Shown here: one piece after another, positions 1 to 8,750 of the stretch
How positions within the stretch are numbered: position 1 is the stretch's first letter
How the letters are laid out: every line of letters starts with the position of its first letter
Source: Acidimicrobiia bacterium
Lineage (GTDB): Bacteria > Actinomycetota > Acidimicrobiia > Spongiisociales > JAHEDJ01
Length of the DNA: 20,000 bases
Assembly (NCBI GenBank): GCA_029210695.1
Contig: JARGFH010000014.1
Span: 44,109-64,108 of the forward strand
Direction: 5' to 3'
Notes under the pieces: generated by a model
Database searches by the model: none
What the model was told of the DNA's origin: nothing
What the model saw: only the letters and a program-made list of their open reading frames with translations
Translations under genes and position numbers: made by a program

Positions 1-1
1 C

Positions 2-1597
2 GAGTTGGTCGGTCTTCCTTGGTGGTGTCCAGAATCCATGGAAGCGTTCAAGGGTCGGATCGGTGTGCACTGCGAGCCAGGTGGCGTCGTCGATGGTGGC
101 CGGCCCGAACGGGGCGGCGGGATCCGCAACGGCGAGGATGCCGAGTGTTGCGCTTCGCGGATCGGTGGCGACTTGTGCGATGAGGGGTCGGCCAGAAGCG
201 GCCCGCGCCCACTCATCGAGCCGCGCTCCGACTGTGACGTTGATCGTTGCGTCGATCAGGATGTCGGTCGTCGGGACATATCCGTCGGCGAGCACGTCGA
301 GTGCACTAGACGGCTCGGCGGACACCTCAAGGTCGTCGGAGATCGCGCGGAGCCGCATTGCGAGTTGGGTTGCCTTGGGGAGGCCGACGTCATCCTCCGT
401 GTAATTCTGTCGCACCAGGAGCCCGCCAGCCACAGCTCCTGTGTCCCGGAGGACGAAGCGTCGGGCACCCGCACGGGCAATGAACTCGGCCATCCATGAA
501 CCGAGGCCACCGCAGCCCCAAATCTCGATGGTCTTGTCTGTGTAGGCCGATGTAGGTCGTTGGTGGTCGCGACGAGTGGCGATTTCAGTCCGTTCATCAG
601 ACACGGTGATCCATCCGATCGGCAGGTTGTGTAGGTGGCTAGCGATGGTCGCTCGCTGTGTGGCGATGCGTGGCACGGGTGCCATGGCGCAGGCGACGTA
701 GGTAAGAGATTCGACGGCTGGGTGGGCAACCTCGACGATGATCCGAAGGGTCCCGTCGGTGAGATGAGGCAGGAGTCGTTCAACAGCTCCGAGGACTGCT
801 ACCACCGGTGGTCCCTTTGCAGCCTCGACACGGGCGAGGAGATCACCCAGGGTGGACGTACGCCCCAATCCGAGCACCATTGGCTCTTTGGTGCGAACCA
901 CGAGTGCGCTCGTCGTGCTGGCTGGGTCGTCGCCGGATCGTTTCGCCCAGCGGACCAGGTCGCTGCGATGTGGGGCGCGGCTCTCGATTGTGGCGAGGCT
1001 GATTGGCTTTCGGGGCGGGGCTGGCGTCGATGGTCGAACGATCAGGGTCCCGGCAACGCGGGGGCTGGGCGGGAGGCCTCCGATAGGGTGGTAGAGCGCA
1101 GTTCGGCTGTCGAATCGGTCGGCAGCAGCATCTTCGAGCCACTCGACCAGGCGGGCGACTACGCGATCGAGACCGAAGGCGGGGTGCCATTCGCGAGCGA
1201 CATCGAGGTAGATGCAGATCGAGCAGAAGAACACATCAGGGAAGCGAACACATTGTGCCAGCACGTGGGGATAGCCAAGAAATCGCTTGTGCCGGACGAC
1301 GACGGAGGGAGGCTTGTCGGGGTAGTCACGTCCGAACCAGAGTTCGAACTCCTCGCTGTTCGGCGAGATCGGCAATCCGGAGCCGACTCGATCCAGTGTC
1401 TGCGTGGATAGGCGCAGGAGCGCGCCGTACTCGCCCTTCCCAGCCTCTAGATGCTTGGCGGCCAGAACCAGGGGGTGGCGGTTGGGGAGTTCGCGCATTT
1501 CCGCGGCTGCTCTCGTCTGCCCGGGCGTGTGCCGTCCGGCGGGCGCGGCGGCCTGCTGTCTGCGCTTCGGTCGGCGTCGCTTCGCCTTGCTCGACAT
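2..1597 (-). CDS. cap2: CBASS Cap2-like E2-E1(ThiF) ubiquitin-transferase-like protein, 3' end outside the window
   Basis: Not in the ORF track because the frame has no stop before position 1. Manual translation from ATG 1597, 10 nt after the CD-NTase stop, gives MSSKAKRRRPK..., an E2-like segment YPDKPPSV...RFLGYPHV...ICIYLD..EWHP, then ThiF motifs IEIWGCGGLGSWMAEFIARAG, LLVRQNY..DDVG.PKA and LIDAT, ending ...FHGFWTPPRKTDQL at the edge. Confidence 0.9.
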   Translation of the reverse strand, partial: MSSKAKRRRPKRRQQAAAPAGRHTPGQTRAAAEMRELPNRHPLVLAAKHLEAGKGEYGALLRLSTQTLDRVGSGLPISPNSEEFELWFGRDYPDKPPSVVVRHKRFLGYPHVLAQCVRFPDVFFCSICIYLDVAREWHPAFGLDRVVARLVEWLEDAAADRFDSRTALYHPIGGLPPSPRVAGTLIVRPSTPAPPRKPISLATIESRAPHRSDLVRWAKRSGDDPASTTSALVVRTKEPMVLGLGRTSTLGDLLARVEAAKGPPVVAVLGAVERLLPHLTDGTLRIIVEVAHPAVESLTYVACAMAPVPRIATQRATIASHLHNLPIGWITVSDERTEIATRRDHQRPTSAYTDKTIEIWGCGGLGSWMAEFIARAGARRFVLRDTGAVAGGLLVRQNYTEDDVGLPKATQLAMRLRAISDDLEVSAEPSSALDVLADGYVPTTDILIDATINVTVGARLDEWARAASGRPLIAQVATDPRSATLGILAVADPAAPFGPATIDDATWLAVHTDPTLERFHGFWTPPRKTDQL

Positions 1598-1606
1598 GGT
1601 CTTGTA

Positions 1607-2623
1607 TCAGCCGCCGCGCCCGGCCCCGACGGCAGCGAGCCCTGCACCGGCGGTGCCGGCGTTGGAGGAGCCGCCACCACTCGACGTGGCCGGGAGCTTG
1701 AAGTCCAGGCCGAAGACCTTCTGCCACAACTCAAGGCTGTGTTCAATCGACGTGTCGTCCTCATACGCGACCTTGGTATCGGCCGCGATGGACGAGATCT
1801 TCTTCCGGAATGCCTGGTAGGTGTCCTCTGTCCAGCGGTGGTCGAAGGTGATCGGGTTACCGTCGGGGTCGGTGGCACCTGAGGGATCGGCGATGGAGGG
1901 CTTGGTTGGGTTGGCCTGGAGCCATTCGTTCAAGTCGGTGATTAGGTGGAAGAAGGTGGTTGGCAGATCCTCGTAGTAGGACGGGTCTGCGATCTTGCTA
2001 GCTGCGTCGACTCGTTCGCCGAGCATCGCCGTGAGCAGGACGGACCGGGTGCGCCTGAAGCTATCGCGATGGTCGCGAAGGTACTTCAGCAGGCGGATGA
2101 CCCGCTTGAGGTGGCCGCCGGTGGTGTCGTTCTTCTCTTTCATCCACGCGGTGAAGCCGGCGGGGTCGGTGTCTTCCCACTCGTCGCCGTCACCGTTGAC
2201 GATGACTTGACGGCCATCGCTCAGCACGACGAAAGGTACAACATCGACGTGGTAGTCGCCGGCGTACACGACGCGTACGCATCGGCACTTGGGCGGCTTG
2301 ACCAAGTCCTTGTAGGTGCCGTTCCGGGCGAGTGCCGCGTGGACCACAGTGATGTACGTCTTGGGGCTATGGGCCCAGGCCTCCTGCTCGTCCATGACGA
2401 GCATGAAATCAGCGTCGAACTCCACACCGTCCGCCGGCTTGATGATCGTCCCGTGTGGCCACGAACCCTGCGGGTCGTAGTCGAGGACGATCGAGCCGAT
2501 CTCACTATCGGCTTGGAGAGCGTCGAAGATTGCGGGGACACTCACGTCCAGGTTGTCGATTCGCGTCTGGTTGATATTGACCGTATTGGTCATGAACGCG
2601 TTGAAGCTTGCAGTCATTCTCAT
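1607..2623 (-). CDS. cGAS/DncV-like nucleotidyltransferase (SMODS, CBASS CD-NTase)
   Basis: Pol-beta NTase motifs QGSWPHGT...EFDADF and HVDVVP, plus TDPAGFTAW and VIRLLKYLRD. ATGA overlap with the upstream SAVED gene. Gly-rich tail ending GRGG. Confidence 0.93.
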   Translation of the reverse strand: MRMTASFNAFMTNTVNINQTRIDNLDVSVPAIFDALQADSEIGSIVLDYDPQGSWPHGTIIKPADGVEFDADFMLVMDEQEAWAHSPKTYITVVHAALARNGTYKDLVKPPKCRCVRVVYAGDYHVDVVPFVVLSDGRQVIVNGDGDEWEDTDPAGFTAWMKEKNDTTGGHLKRVIRLLKYLRDHRDSFRRTRSVLLTAMLGERVDAASKIADPSYYEDLPTTFFHLITDLNEWLQANPTKPSIADPSGATDPDGNPITFDHRWTEDTYQAFRKKISSIAADTKVAYEDDTSIEHSLELWQKVFGLDFKLPATSSGGGSSNAGTAGAGLAAVGAGRGG

Positions 2624-3798
2624 TGTGCGCTGACCTCCAGTGCAGGGTGGTAGGAGCCGTCGTCGCGTCGGTCGTAGACGACGAGGCGGGGATGGATGCC
2701 CCAGCCGACGGAGCGGCCGAGGGTGACGCCGACCGAGACCGGTGCGGCTGGGAACACGTGGATGCGCCGGACGGTCTTGTCCGACTGCTCGAGTTGGCCG
2801 AGCATCTTGCGAACCGCTCGCTCAAACGAATCGCGCACACGACGGCTACATACCGAATCAGTATGTGGTGTGCCGTCCAACTCGACGAAATAGGTGGGAA
2901 GGCCAGCAGTCTCTGCCGGCAGCTCGGCGGGGTGGATCGTCCCTGAGGCATTGATGATTAGGACAGCGTCGGTGGCCGGACGGGGTCCGGGTGCGTGCGA
3001 CGGGTCCTCGCGCCGGGCCACGAACTCAGGGTCATCGTCGGCCGCTGCCGGCCAGATCCAGTTCTCCGTGGCGCGGTGTCGTTGGAACACGTCGACGGTG
3101 AGGGCGTCATCGATGCGCGAACCGAGGTAGACAAGCAGGGGGAAGCGGGCAATCGCGAATACGCTGAGATGCGGCACGATGCCCTTCTCGACGGCGGGCC
3201 GAAGGCGTTGAGCGATGACCTCGTCGATCCGGGAGGCTGCTGCTTTGTAGTAGCTATCGGCGGCGGTGAGTTCGCCGGAGATCTGGCGAAGGTCGATCTC
3301 GACGCCCCGGCGGTCGAAAGACAGAGCGAGTTCGGGAAACCGGTTCGAGGAGCGAAGTACTGCCTCCGTCGCAGCCTCCACGCCAAGGTCGACAGTTGCC
3401 CCGCGCACGTGCCCCTGCATGCGGAGCAGCACCGTACGTCTGCGACCAACGGTCTCGGTAGCCTCGAAGACCCGACGCTCGTGTTCCTCCTTCAACGTGC
3501 TGATCTGCTCCACGGTCAGTAGATCGAGTTGCGCACGCTTGTCGGCGTCGGGGTGATGGAGGCCGCAGAGCAGCAGCAGGTTGTCCGCCGCATTTCGCTG
3601 GTCGCCTGGAATCTGATGATCGCCTCGGGGGCCCGCAGCACTTGCTGCAACGTTGTGGGCGACCTCGCCGAGCAAGACCGGTCGCAGGGTCAGATCCGAC
3701 TCCAGCAGGTACGCATTGCAGAAAGCGCACCGTCCACCCGAGCGTACCCACACTCTTAGTCGTTCGTTCTCCGGAACCTTGCCTCGACGTCCAGCCAT
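2620..3798 (-). CDS. cap5: HNH endonuclease-SAVED CBASS effector (Cap5-like)
   Basis: N-terminal RSGGRCAFC...GEVAHNVA..GPRG...NLLLLCGLHH is an HNH with Zn ligands. C-terminal SAVED-like motifs SVFAIARFPLLVYLG, FQRHR..W.W and IHVFPAAPVS. Start set at ATG 3798, which follows GAGGTG. Confidence 0.9.
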   Translation of the reverse strand: MAGRRGKVPENERLRVWVRSGGRCAFCNAYLLESDLTLRPVLLGEVAHNVAASAAGPRGDHQIPGDQRNAADNLLLLCGLHHPDADKRAQLDLLTVEQISTLKEEHERRVFEATETVGRRRTVLLRMQGHVRGATVDLGVEAATEAVLRSSNRFPELALSFDRRGVEIDLRQISGELTAADSYYKAAASRIDEVIAQRLRPAVEKGIVPHLSVFAIARFPLLVYLGSRIDDALTVDVFQRHRATENWIWPAAADDDPEFVARREDPSHAPGPRPATDAVLIINASGTIHPAELPAETAGLPTYFVELDGTPHTDSVCSRRVRDSFERAVRKMLGQLEQSDKTVRRIHVFPAAPVSVGVTLGRSVGWGIHPRLVVYDRRDDGSYHPALEVSAQ

Positions 3799-4231
3799 CT
3801 GCTTCACCTCGCCAGTATGAATGCACGGTGTGACACTTCTCGCGACACACCGACTACGTGCGGCGCTCGCCACGAACCTTCGCCTGCCCGAGGCTCAGTG
3901 CGCTCGCCGACACGCAGCTTCTCCGCTCGGGGTCCCGGATCCTGAGGCATCACGCCGCCCGTACGGCTCACGCGCCGCCCGTTCATCTCCGCTTCTCTCC
4001 GGCGTCGGACCGCTTGCGCCGCCAACGACCTGACTTGGTCCGTGACCGTGGCTGCTTCCCGCCGCCCTGCTCTGGCACATGGGGGACCTTCCCCGCTCGT
4101 CGGTCTGGCATCTACTTCTCCTCAACTGTCACAAGATGGCCTCCTGCCGTCTCTTCTCACAGAATACTATACCATAGGGAGAGATGGACAGCGACTATGC
4201 TCAGAGGAGAGCGTTCCTCTATGGAGGTGTC
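3799..4231. promoter_or_regulatory. Divergent promoter region between the CBASS operon and the capH/capP-like regulators
   Basis: Non-coding gap between divergent starts, with an AT-richer patch (gaatactataccat, about 4162-4175) that contains -10-like hexamers. Operator not resolved. Confidence 0.55.
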
Positions 4232-4687
4232 ATGCGGGATTCGTTGGGTTCGAGGTTGCGGGCTCGGCGCACAGAGCGGGGTCTGAAACTGACTGATGTG
4301 GCGGACGCCACCGGGCTATCGATGCAGTACATCTCCAATCTGGAGCGCGACCGTGGGAACCCGACCCTCAAGGCGTTAGCTGCCATCGCCGGCGCGCTCG
4401 AGACGACAGTCGCGGCGCTGGTGGGGGACGACGTGGATGTCGAGGACGAAAGCGATGAGCTCGTTCTGGCCGCCCTTCCAACGTCGCTCATCACCTTCAG
4501 CCGGACGGACCGCTTCGAGTCTGTAGTCGAGCAGCTCGGGATAGCGCAGGGCGTCAGCCGTGAGGACATGCGGCGTCGGGTTCTCGTTGGGATGGCATCG
4601 GCGCCGCGTCGCAGTGCTGGTGAGCCAACGCGAGACGATTGGCAGCGGCTCCTCGACGCCTACCGGTTGATCCTCGACGAGGCGTGA
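4232..4687 (+). CDS. XRE/Cro-C1 HTH transcriptional regulator (CapH-like)
   Basis: LGSRLRARRTERGLKLTDVADATGLSMQYISNLERDRGNPTLKALAAIAGAL is a canonical XRE HTH. GGAGGT SD precedes ATG 4232. Divergent from CBASS and directly followed by a peptidase gene. Confidence 0.9.
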   Translation: MRDSLGSRLRARRTERGLKLTDVADATGLSMQYISNLERDRGNPTLKALAAIAGALETTVAALVGDDVDVEDESDELVLAALPTSLITFSRTDRFESVVEQLGIAQGVSREDMRRRVLVGMASAPRRSAGEPTRDDWQRLLDAYRLILDEA

Positions 4688-4688
4688 C

Positions 4689-5717
4689 ATGTCATCCCGT
4701 ACGCAGATCGATGCTGCGGATGCCGTGCTGCTCGAGCTTATCGACCCTGCGATCCTGAGCGATTTGGCGAGGGATCCCCGATCTGTCATCGAGGCGCGCT
4801 TTGGGCCCATAGGCATCCAGCCGCTTCCATCGGCTTCGATGACAAATGACGAATGCTCATGCGACGGCTACTACGAGACGCTCCTCAACCCGGCGAAACC
4901 CTGGATTCTGTACGACTCTCGCGTCTCGGCCGAACGTCGCTCCTTCACTCTCCTCCACGAGTTGGGCCACCATCTCATAGCCTCGCGAGTCCCGGAACTC
5001 CTCGATGTGATCGATGAGATAGCTGGTCCCCGCGGCGATCCAGCGGCCGTTGAGGAGGTGCTGTGCCACCGACTCGCTGGCAAGCTGCTCACGCCCGACA
5101 CTCTGCTCGATGAGGTGGTTGGCAGCGACGCCCCAAGGCCAGGGCATCTACTGGAACTCAAGGAGAAGGGTCACGCCTCGTGGGAGGCCGCTGCCGTTCG
5201 ACTCGCCGATCGGATCAGCGGTCCCGGTGCAGTCGTGTTGTTGCGAGAGCCCGGGCTCGTCTCATTCGCAGCTACGTCGACCGGCGCCAGGTTCGGGTGG
5301 CCGCGCAACAGCCGGCTTCGCCCCGGAGGCGCATTGAGTCGCGCATTCTCGGTCGACGCTCGGACCAAGGAAGATCGATACCGGTGGGGACTGCCTTACG
5401 AGGAGGAGCTCTTCTGCGACACGGTCAAGGTCCACGACGAACTCGTCGTTGCGGTTATGTCTCGGCATCGCAGTACGAGGGGTCTCAGCTTTCTCGAGGA
5501 GGTGGAGCCCGTTTGGAAGAGAAGGCTTGAGCTTTGTATCGCTTGCAACGGCGAGCGAATCGTCGGATGGTGCGACAAGTGCAAGGGGCGGTTCTGCCGT
5601 GATTGCGGCAGATGCGGATGCTATCGGCCAGCGGCCACGAATCGTCACTGCGAAGGGTGCGGCCTCATCAAACCCTTCCGACCCGGGTCGGGACTTTGCC
5701 GAGACTGTGAATCGTGA
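4689..5717 (+). CDS. ImmA/IrrE-family metallopeptidase (CapP-like) with Cys-rich C-terminal extension
   Basis: RRSFTLLHELGHHL (HExxH) and EEVLCHRLAGKLL, then an HTH-like ASWEAAAVRL segment, a putative GAF-like region, and a tail with 12 Cys. Starts 1 nt after the HTH gene stop. Confidence 0.88.
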   Translation: MSSRTQIDAADAVLLELIDPAILSDLARDPRSVIEARFGPIGIQPLPSASMTNDECSCDGYYETLLNPAKPWILYDSRVSAERRSFTLLHELGHHLIASRVPELLDVIDEIAGPRGDPAAVEEVLCHRLAGKLLTPDTLLDEVVGSDAPRPGHLLELKEKGHASWEAAAVRLADRISGPGAVVLLREPGLVSFAATSTGARFGWPRNSRLRPGGALSRAFSVDARTKEDRYRWGLPYEEELFCDTVKVHDELVVAVMSRHRSTRGLSFLEEVEPVWKRRLELCIACNGERIVGWCDKCKGRFCRDCGRCGCYRPAATNRHCEGCGLIKPFRPGSGLCRDCES

Positions 5718-5867
5718 CTGCCTATGAGTTCGAGGCTGAGGTCGGCTGGCCTGCCCCGGGGGTTCTGCTTCAGGAGCTCCTCGAGAGCGTGGTCAGCGTA
5801 CGCGAAGCCGTCAAGGCCTGGGCAGGCCAACCATCCCGCAGCGAATCACGCGGATGCTGTCAACCAC

Positions 5868-5881
5868 CTCAAGACTGAACC
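5868..5881 (+). repeat. 14-bp direct repeat CTCAAGACTGAACC, left copy (putative target site duplication)
   Basis: Identical to 12932-12945. Each copy directly abuts a terminal inverted repeat. Confidence 0.9.
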
Positions 5882-5915
5882 GGGAAGGGAGATAGAGGAA
5901 CGAAAAACCGGAATC
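5882..5915 (+). repeat. 34-bp left terminal inverted repeat
   Basis: GGGAAGGGAGATAGAGGAACGAAAAACCGGAATC matches the reverse complement of 12898-12931 at 32/34 positions. Confidence 0.92.
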
Positions 5916-5978
5916 GGGGAGCGATCTGTCCCCGCCCAGTGACGATAGCAATCCTCGGTCTACGTGCGTCGCTCAAAC

Positions 5979-8114
5979 CTACCTGCGACCGGGCGCTCGC
6001 AACTGTCGTAGTTCTGCAAGGCGTCCCGATGCTTCGAGAGCGTAGATGGCCCCTCGCGCATGGCGGGCATCACCCAGGAGCGACTCGGCGCGTTGAGTTA
6101 GCTCCCCGCCTTCAACAACGTCAAGGGGGTCAAGGAACACAAGGTGCGCTATCTCCCAGCGATCCTTCCCTGCACCGAATCTGTACAGGTGGCGTTGGTG
6201 GAACTGCCGTTCAAGCGCGGCGCGGTCCTTCTTGTACTTGAGGTGAGCGTAGAAGTTCAGGTCCCTTCCGTATCGGAGGTTGAACGCTGCACCCAGGAAC
6301 GGCCACCGATCCTTATAGAACGATCGTGATCCAAGGCCCAGCTCTTCTCTCGTCTCGCGGTACATAGTCGTCCGAAGGGAGCGACGGAATAGTCCTCTCC
6401 GCCACCAACGGAGATCCCCCCAATCTGCCGCGCCTCCGCTGCTGCAGCCGACCCCACCCCTAGCTGCCTGCACACGGTCGGAGCGTCGCTGGAGAACGAT
6501 GAAGCCGTCAGCTGTGGTCACTAGCGTCGACACCCCGACCATCATTGAGTAGTACGCCGCGGCGTCTTCGCCCGAGGGCAGGTCAACTTGACGGAGCGTC
6601 CACGCCGAACCCTCGAAGAACTCGCGCAGATATGGAAGCTGCCCTGGGACTTCGAGGTGAACGGACCCCTCGGCCAGTAGGTAGTCCTCGTACTTCACCT
6701 TGGCACACCGCATTCTCAGGCCCGCACGCGTCTTGACGCCCGACATCTGAGGTAAGTCTGCAAGCCGGACCTTCGCACCCCAGTTGAGGCCGGGTCCGTA
6801 GTAGCTCTTGCGCAGCTCGCGTCCGCGCCAGCGGGCATAAGCGTCCCAGCTAAAGGGTAGTACGTCGGATCGTTCCGAAGCTTGTGCAAGGTCTGGTTTC
6901 GGCGCCTTCCGAGCCAGGCTGCAATGGACGTCGAATTGAAGATCCTGCTCCGGGTGGATGAGGAACGAGATGGGCACATGGGCGTACGGCATTGACGCTT
7001 GGAGTACGGTCGGGTTCTTAGCTCGGCGGCGGTACTCGCTGGAAAGCTCCCGGTTGGTGCGATCGACCACCACGGTAGGCCCAAACCGAGGGTGGACGCC
7101 CGAGCGAACCACGCTCCACGCGTCCCGAATGCCTGTTCGGAGAAACTGGTACAAACCAAAGAGAATCCCTGTCGCGCCAGCCCCAGCAAGAAGACTCTCC
7201 GCCAACTGGAGCATGGTGCCTGAATCTCCCGTCGCGGGCGGGGTATGGCGGAGCAGAACGCTGAGACCAGACATGCTCAGCGATAGGGCGAGCAGGAAGA
7301 CAAGGCCCACGCCGATAAGATGTAGCCGAGCGCTGAGTCGCGATCGTGGCGAGAGCAGCGGCGCTGTCGTTTCGGATGGTGCGACGCTTCGTGTGGCGGT
7401 GGGTGCCGAATACATGCTTGCCCGTACCCAGTCCTCCGGTTCCGCAACCGACCTCGCATGGCGTACGTATTCGAGGATTCTCTCGACGCATTGCTTGCAG
7501 CGCGCGCCCTCATTCTCGTGGTCGACCGCGCATTCAGAAGTGTTGAGGAAGAGTCCGCCCCCGTAGTACGGGAACGACCTAGCTTCGGCCCGCACCTGGG
7601 ACTCAGTCAGATCGACGGCAGGGTGGCTCGCACGGCGCTCGCGAAACCTTTGCGCGGCGTCCTCTGCCGAGACGTAGCACTCAACCAGGAAGAGCTTCGC
7701 TCTGTGTTTCTGAGCGATGCCAACGATTCCCGAACGGTGATACCACGGGGCGTAGGTCGCGTCGACGATCACAGCGACCGCCCTCCCGCTGGCGAGCTCC
7801 ATGTCAGCAAGGCGATGCATCTGCCCATAGCTGAGATTGCGAACGCGTTTGCTGTGGTCCGAATCACTCAGAATGTCTCTTCGTATCTCATCCATCTCAA
7901 GGTGCGTTGCAGCCACATCGAGGCCCGCCTGGACCTGGCATGCGAGCGATGACTTCCCCGACAAGGAAGGACCAGAGAACACGATGACCCGCCGCCCGCC
8001 AGGAGCCACCCCCGATCCATCACCGGTCACCGAGGCACCGTCGCGGGGCATTTGACCTTGGCGTCGGCGTACGAGCGAGCGAGCGACGCCAGCTATCGCT
8101 CGCCATATTCTCAT
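5979..8114 (-). CDS. Fusion protein: P-loop (AAA_33-like) kinase, two TM helices, Nudix-like hydrolase
   Basis: VIVFSGPSLSGKS (Walker A), MDEIRR, VIVDATY and lid-like AAQRFRER. Hydrophobic LIGVGLVFLLALSLSMSGLSVLL and LLAGAGATGILFGLYQFL. Then GVSTLVTTADGFIVLQRRS and a Nudix box ending YRETREELGL. Start at ATG 8114 after GAGGT. Confidence 0.8.
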   Translation of the reverse strand: MRIWRAIAGVARSLVRRRQGQMPRDGASVTGDGSGVAPGGRRVIVFSGPSLSGKSSLACQVQAGLDVAATHLEMDEIRRDILSDSDHSKRVRNLSYGQMHRLADMELASGRAVAVIVDATYAPWYHRSGIVGIAQKHRAKLFLVECYVSAEDAAQRFRERRASHPAVDLTESQVRAEARSFPYYGGGLFLNTSECAVDHENEGARCKQCVERILEYVRHARSVAEPEDWVRASMYSAPTATRSVAPSETTAPLLSPRSRLSARLHLIGVGLVFLLALSLSMSGLSVLLRHTPPATGDSGTMLQLAESLLAGAGATGILFGLYQFLRTGIRDAWSVVRSGVHPRFGPTVVVDRTNRELSSEYRRRAKNPTVLQASMPYAHVPISFLIHPEQDLQFDVHCSLARKAPKPDLAQASERSDVLPFSWDAYARWRGRELRKSYYGPGLNWGAKVRLADLPQMSGVKTRAGLRMRCAKVKYEDYLLAEGSVHLEVPGQLPYLREFFEGSAWTLRQVDLPSGEDAAAYYSMMVGVSTLVTTADGFIVLQRRSDRVQAARGGVGCSSGGAADWGDLRWWRRGLFRRSLRTTMYRETREELGLGSRSFYKDRWPFLGAAFNLRYGRDLNFYAHLKYKKDRAALERQFHQRHLYRFGAGKDRWEIAHLVFLDPLDVVEGGELTQRAESLLGDARHARGAIYALEASGRLAELRQLRAPGRR

Positions 8115-8252
8115 TATGTACCTCAACACAAGGCCGACCTTACTTGTTGATGTTGTACCCCAGCCAACTCTCGTCCAAAGATCAGTCCATGGCGATCCTC
8201 AACGTCCTGTACCTGAGCGCGCGTGGTCGCGGAATGCCACGGTTCTCCCGAC

Positions 8253-8621
8253 TCACGGACGGGTGTAGTTGGCGTTGCAGGTGAACGACCTGCGCTGCCA
8301 CGGCGACGCCAAAGTCGAGCTGCTGACGAGGTTGATCTGCCCTTGCCGGTCGTCGAGTGCCCATTCGACGGCGACTTCGAATCTGCCCTCGTGGTCGAAG
8401 TCAGGGAACATCAGGTCTGCAGCACCACCCACGAGGACGGTTCTGCCTTCGACGTCGGCATGAGTACCGGCGATCCCGTCGCGGGAGGCGCGCCGCCGCG
8501 GGCCTGGGGCGATCCGAGCGCCGTGTGACGTCAGTGCCCAGTACGCAATGGTGGTTCGGCATCGCTGGCGGCTGCACTGGAATGGCAGCGGCGGCGTGGT
8601 ACGGAGCGGGTCGAGGAGCAC
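8253..8621 (-). CDS. Hypothetical protein or degraded gene
   Basis: 122-aa ORF whose frame stays open about 38 codons upstream without an obvious start. No recognisable motif. Confidence 0.3.
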   Translation of the reverse strand: MLLDPLRTTPPLPFQCSRQRCRTTIAYWALTSHGARIAPGPRRRASRDGIAGTHADVEGRTVLVGGAADLMFPDFDHEGRFEVAVEWALDDRQGQINLVSSSTLASPWQRRSFTCNANYTRP

Positions 8622-8750
8622 GTTGGGTTCTGGGTCGTCGATTAGCGCCGCCTCGGCGACGTCGTTGTTACGGAGCCATCGAATTACATCGTTGACATTT
8701 ACCGTCTTGCTCGCGACAGTAACCAGTAATCGACCCGGTTATCACAATGG

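Noticed and set aside
5..1411. Plus-strand ORFs 5-499 and 635-1411
   Set aside because: Antisense shadows in register with the Cap2 gene; no motifs.
4110..4215. CTTCTC / GAGAG repeats as CapH-like operators
   Set aside because: Short and degenerate, with no consistent spacing.
5882..5915. Assignment of the TIR to the Tn3 family
   Set aside because: It shares GGAACGAAAA, but lacks the inner TAAG end, and the duplication is 14 bp rather than 5 bp.
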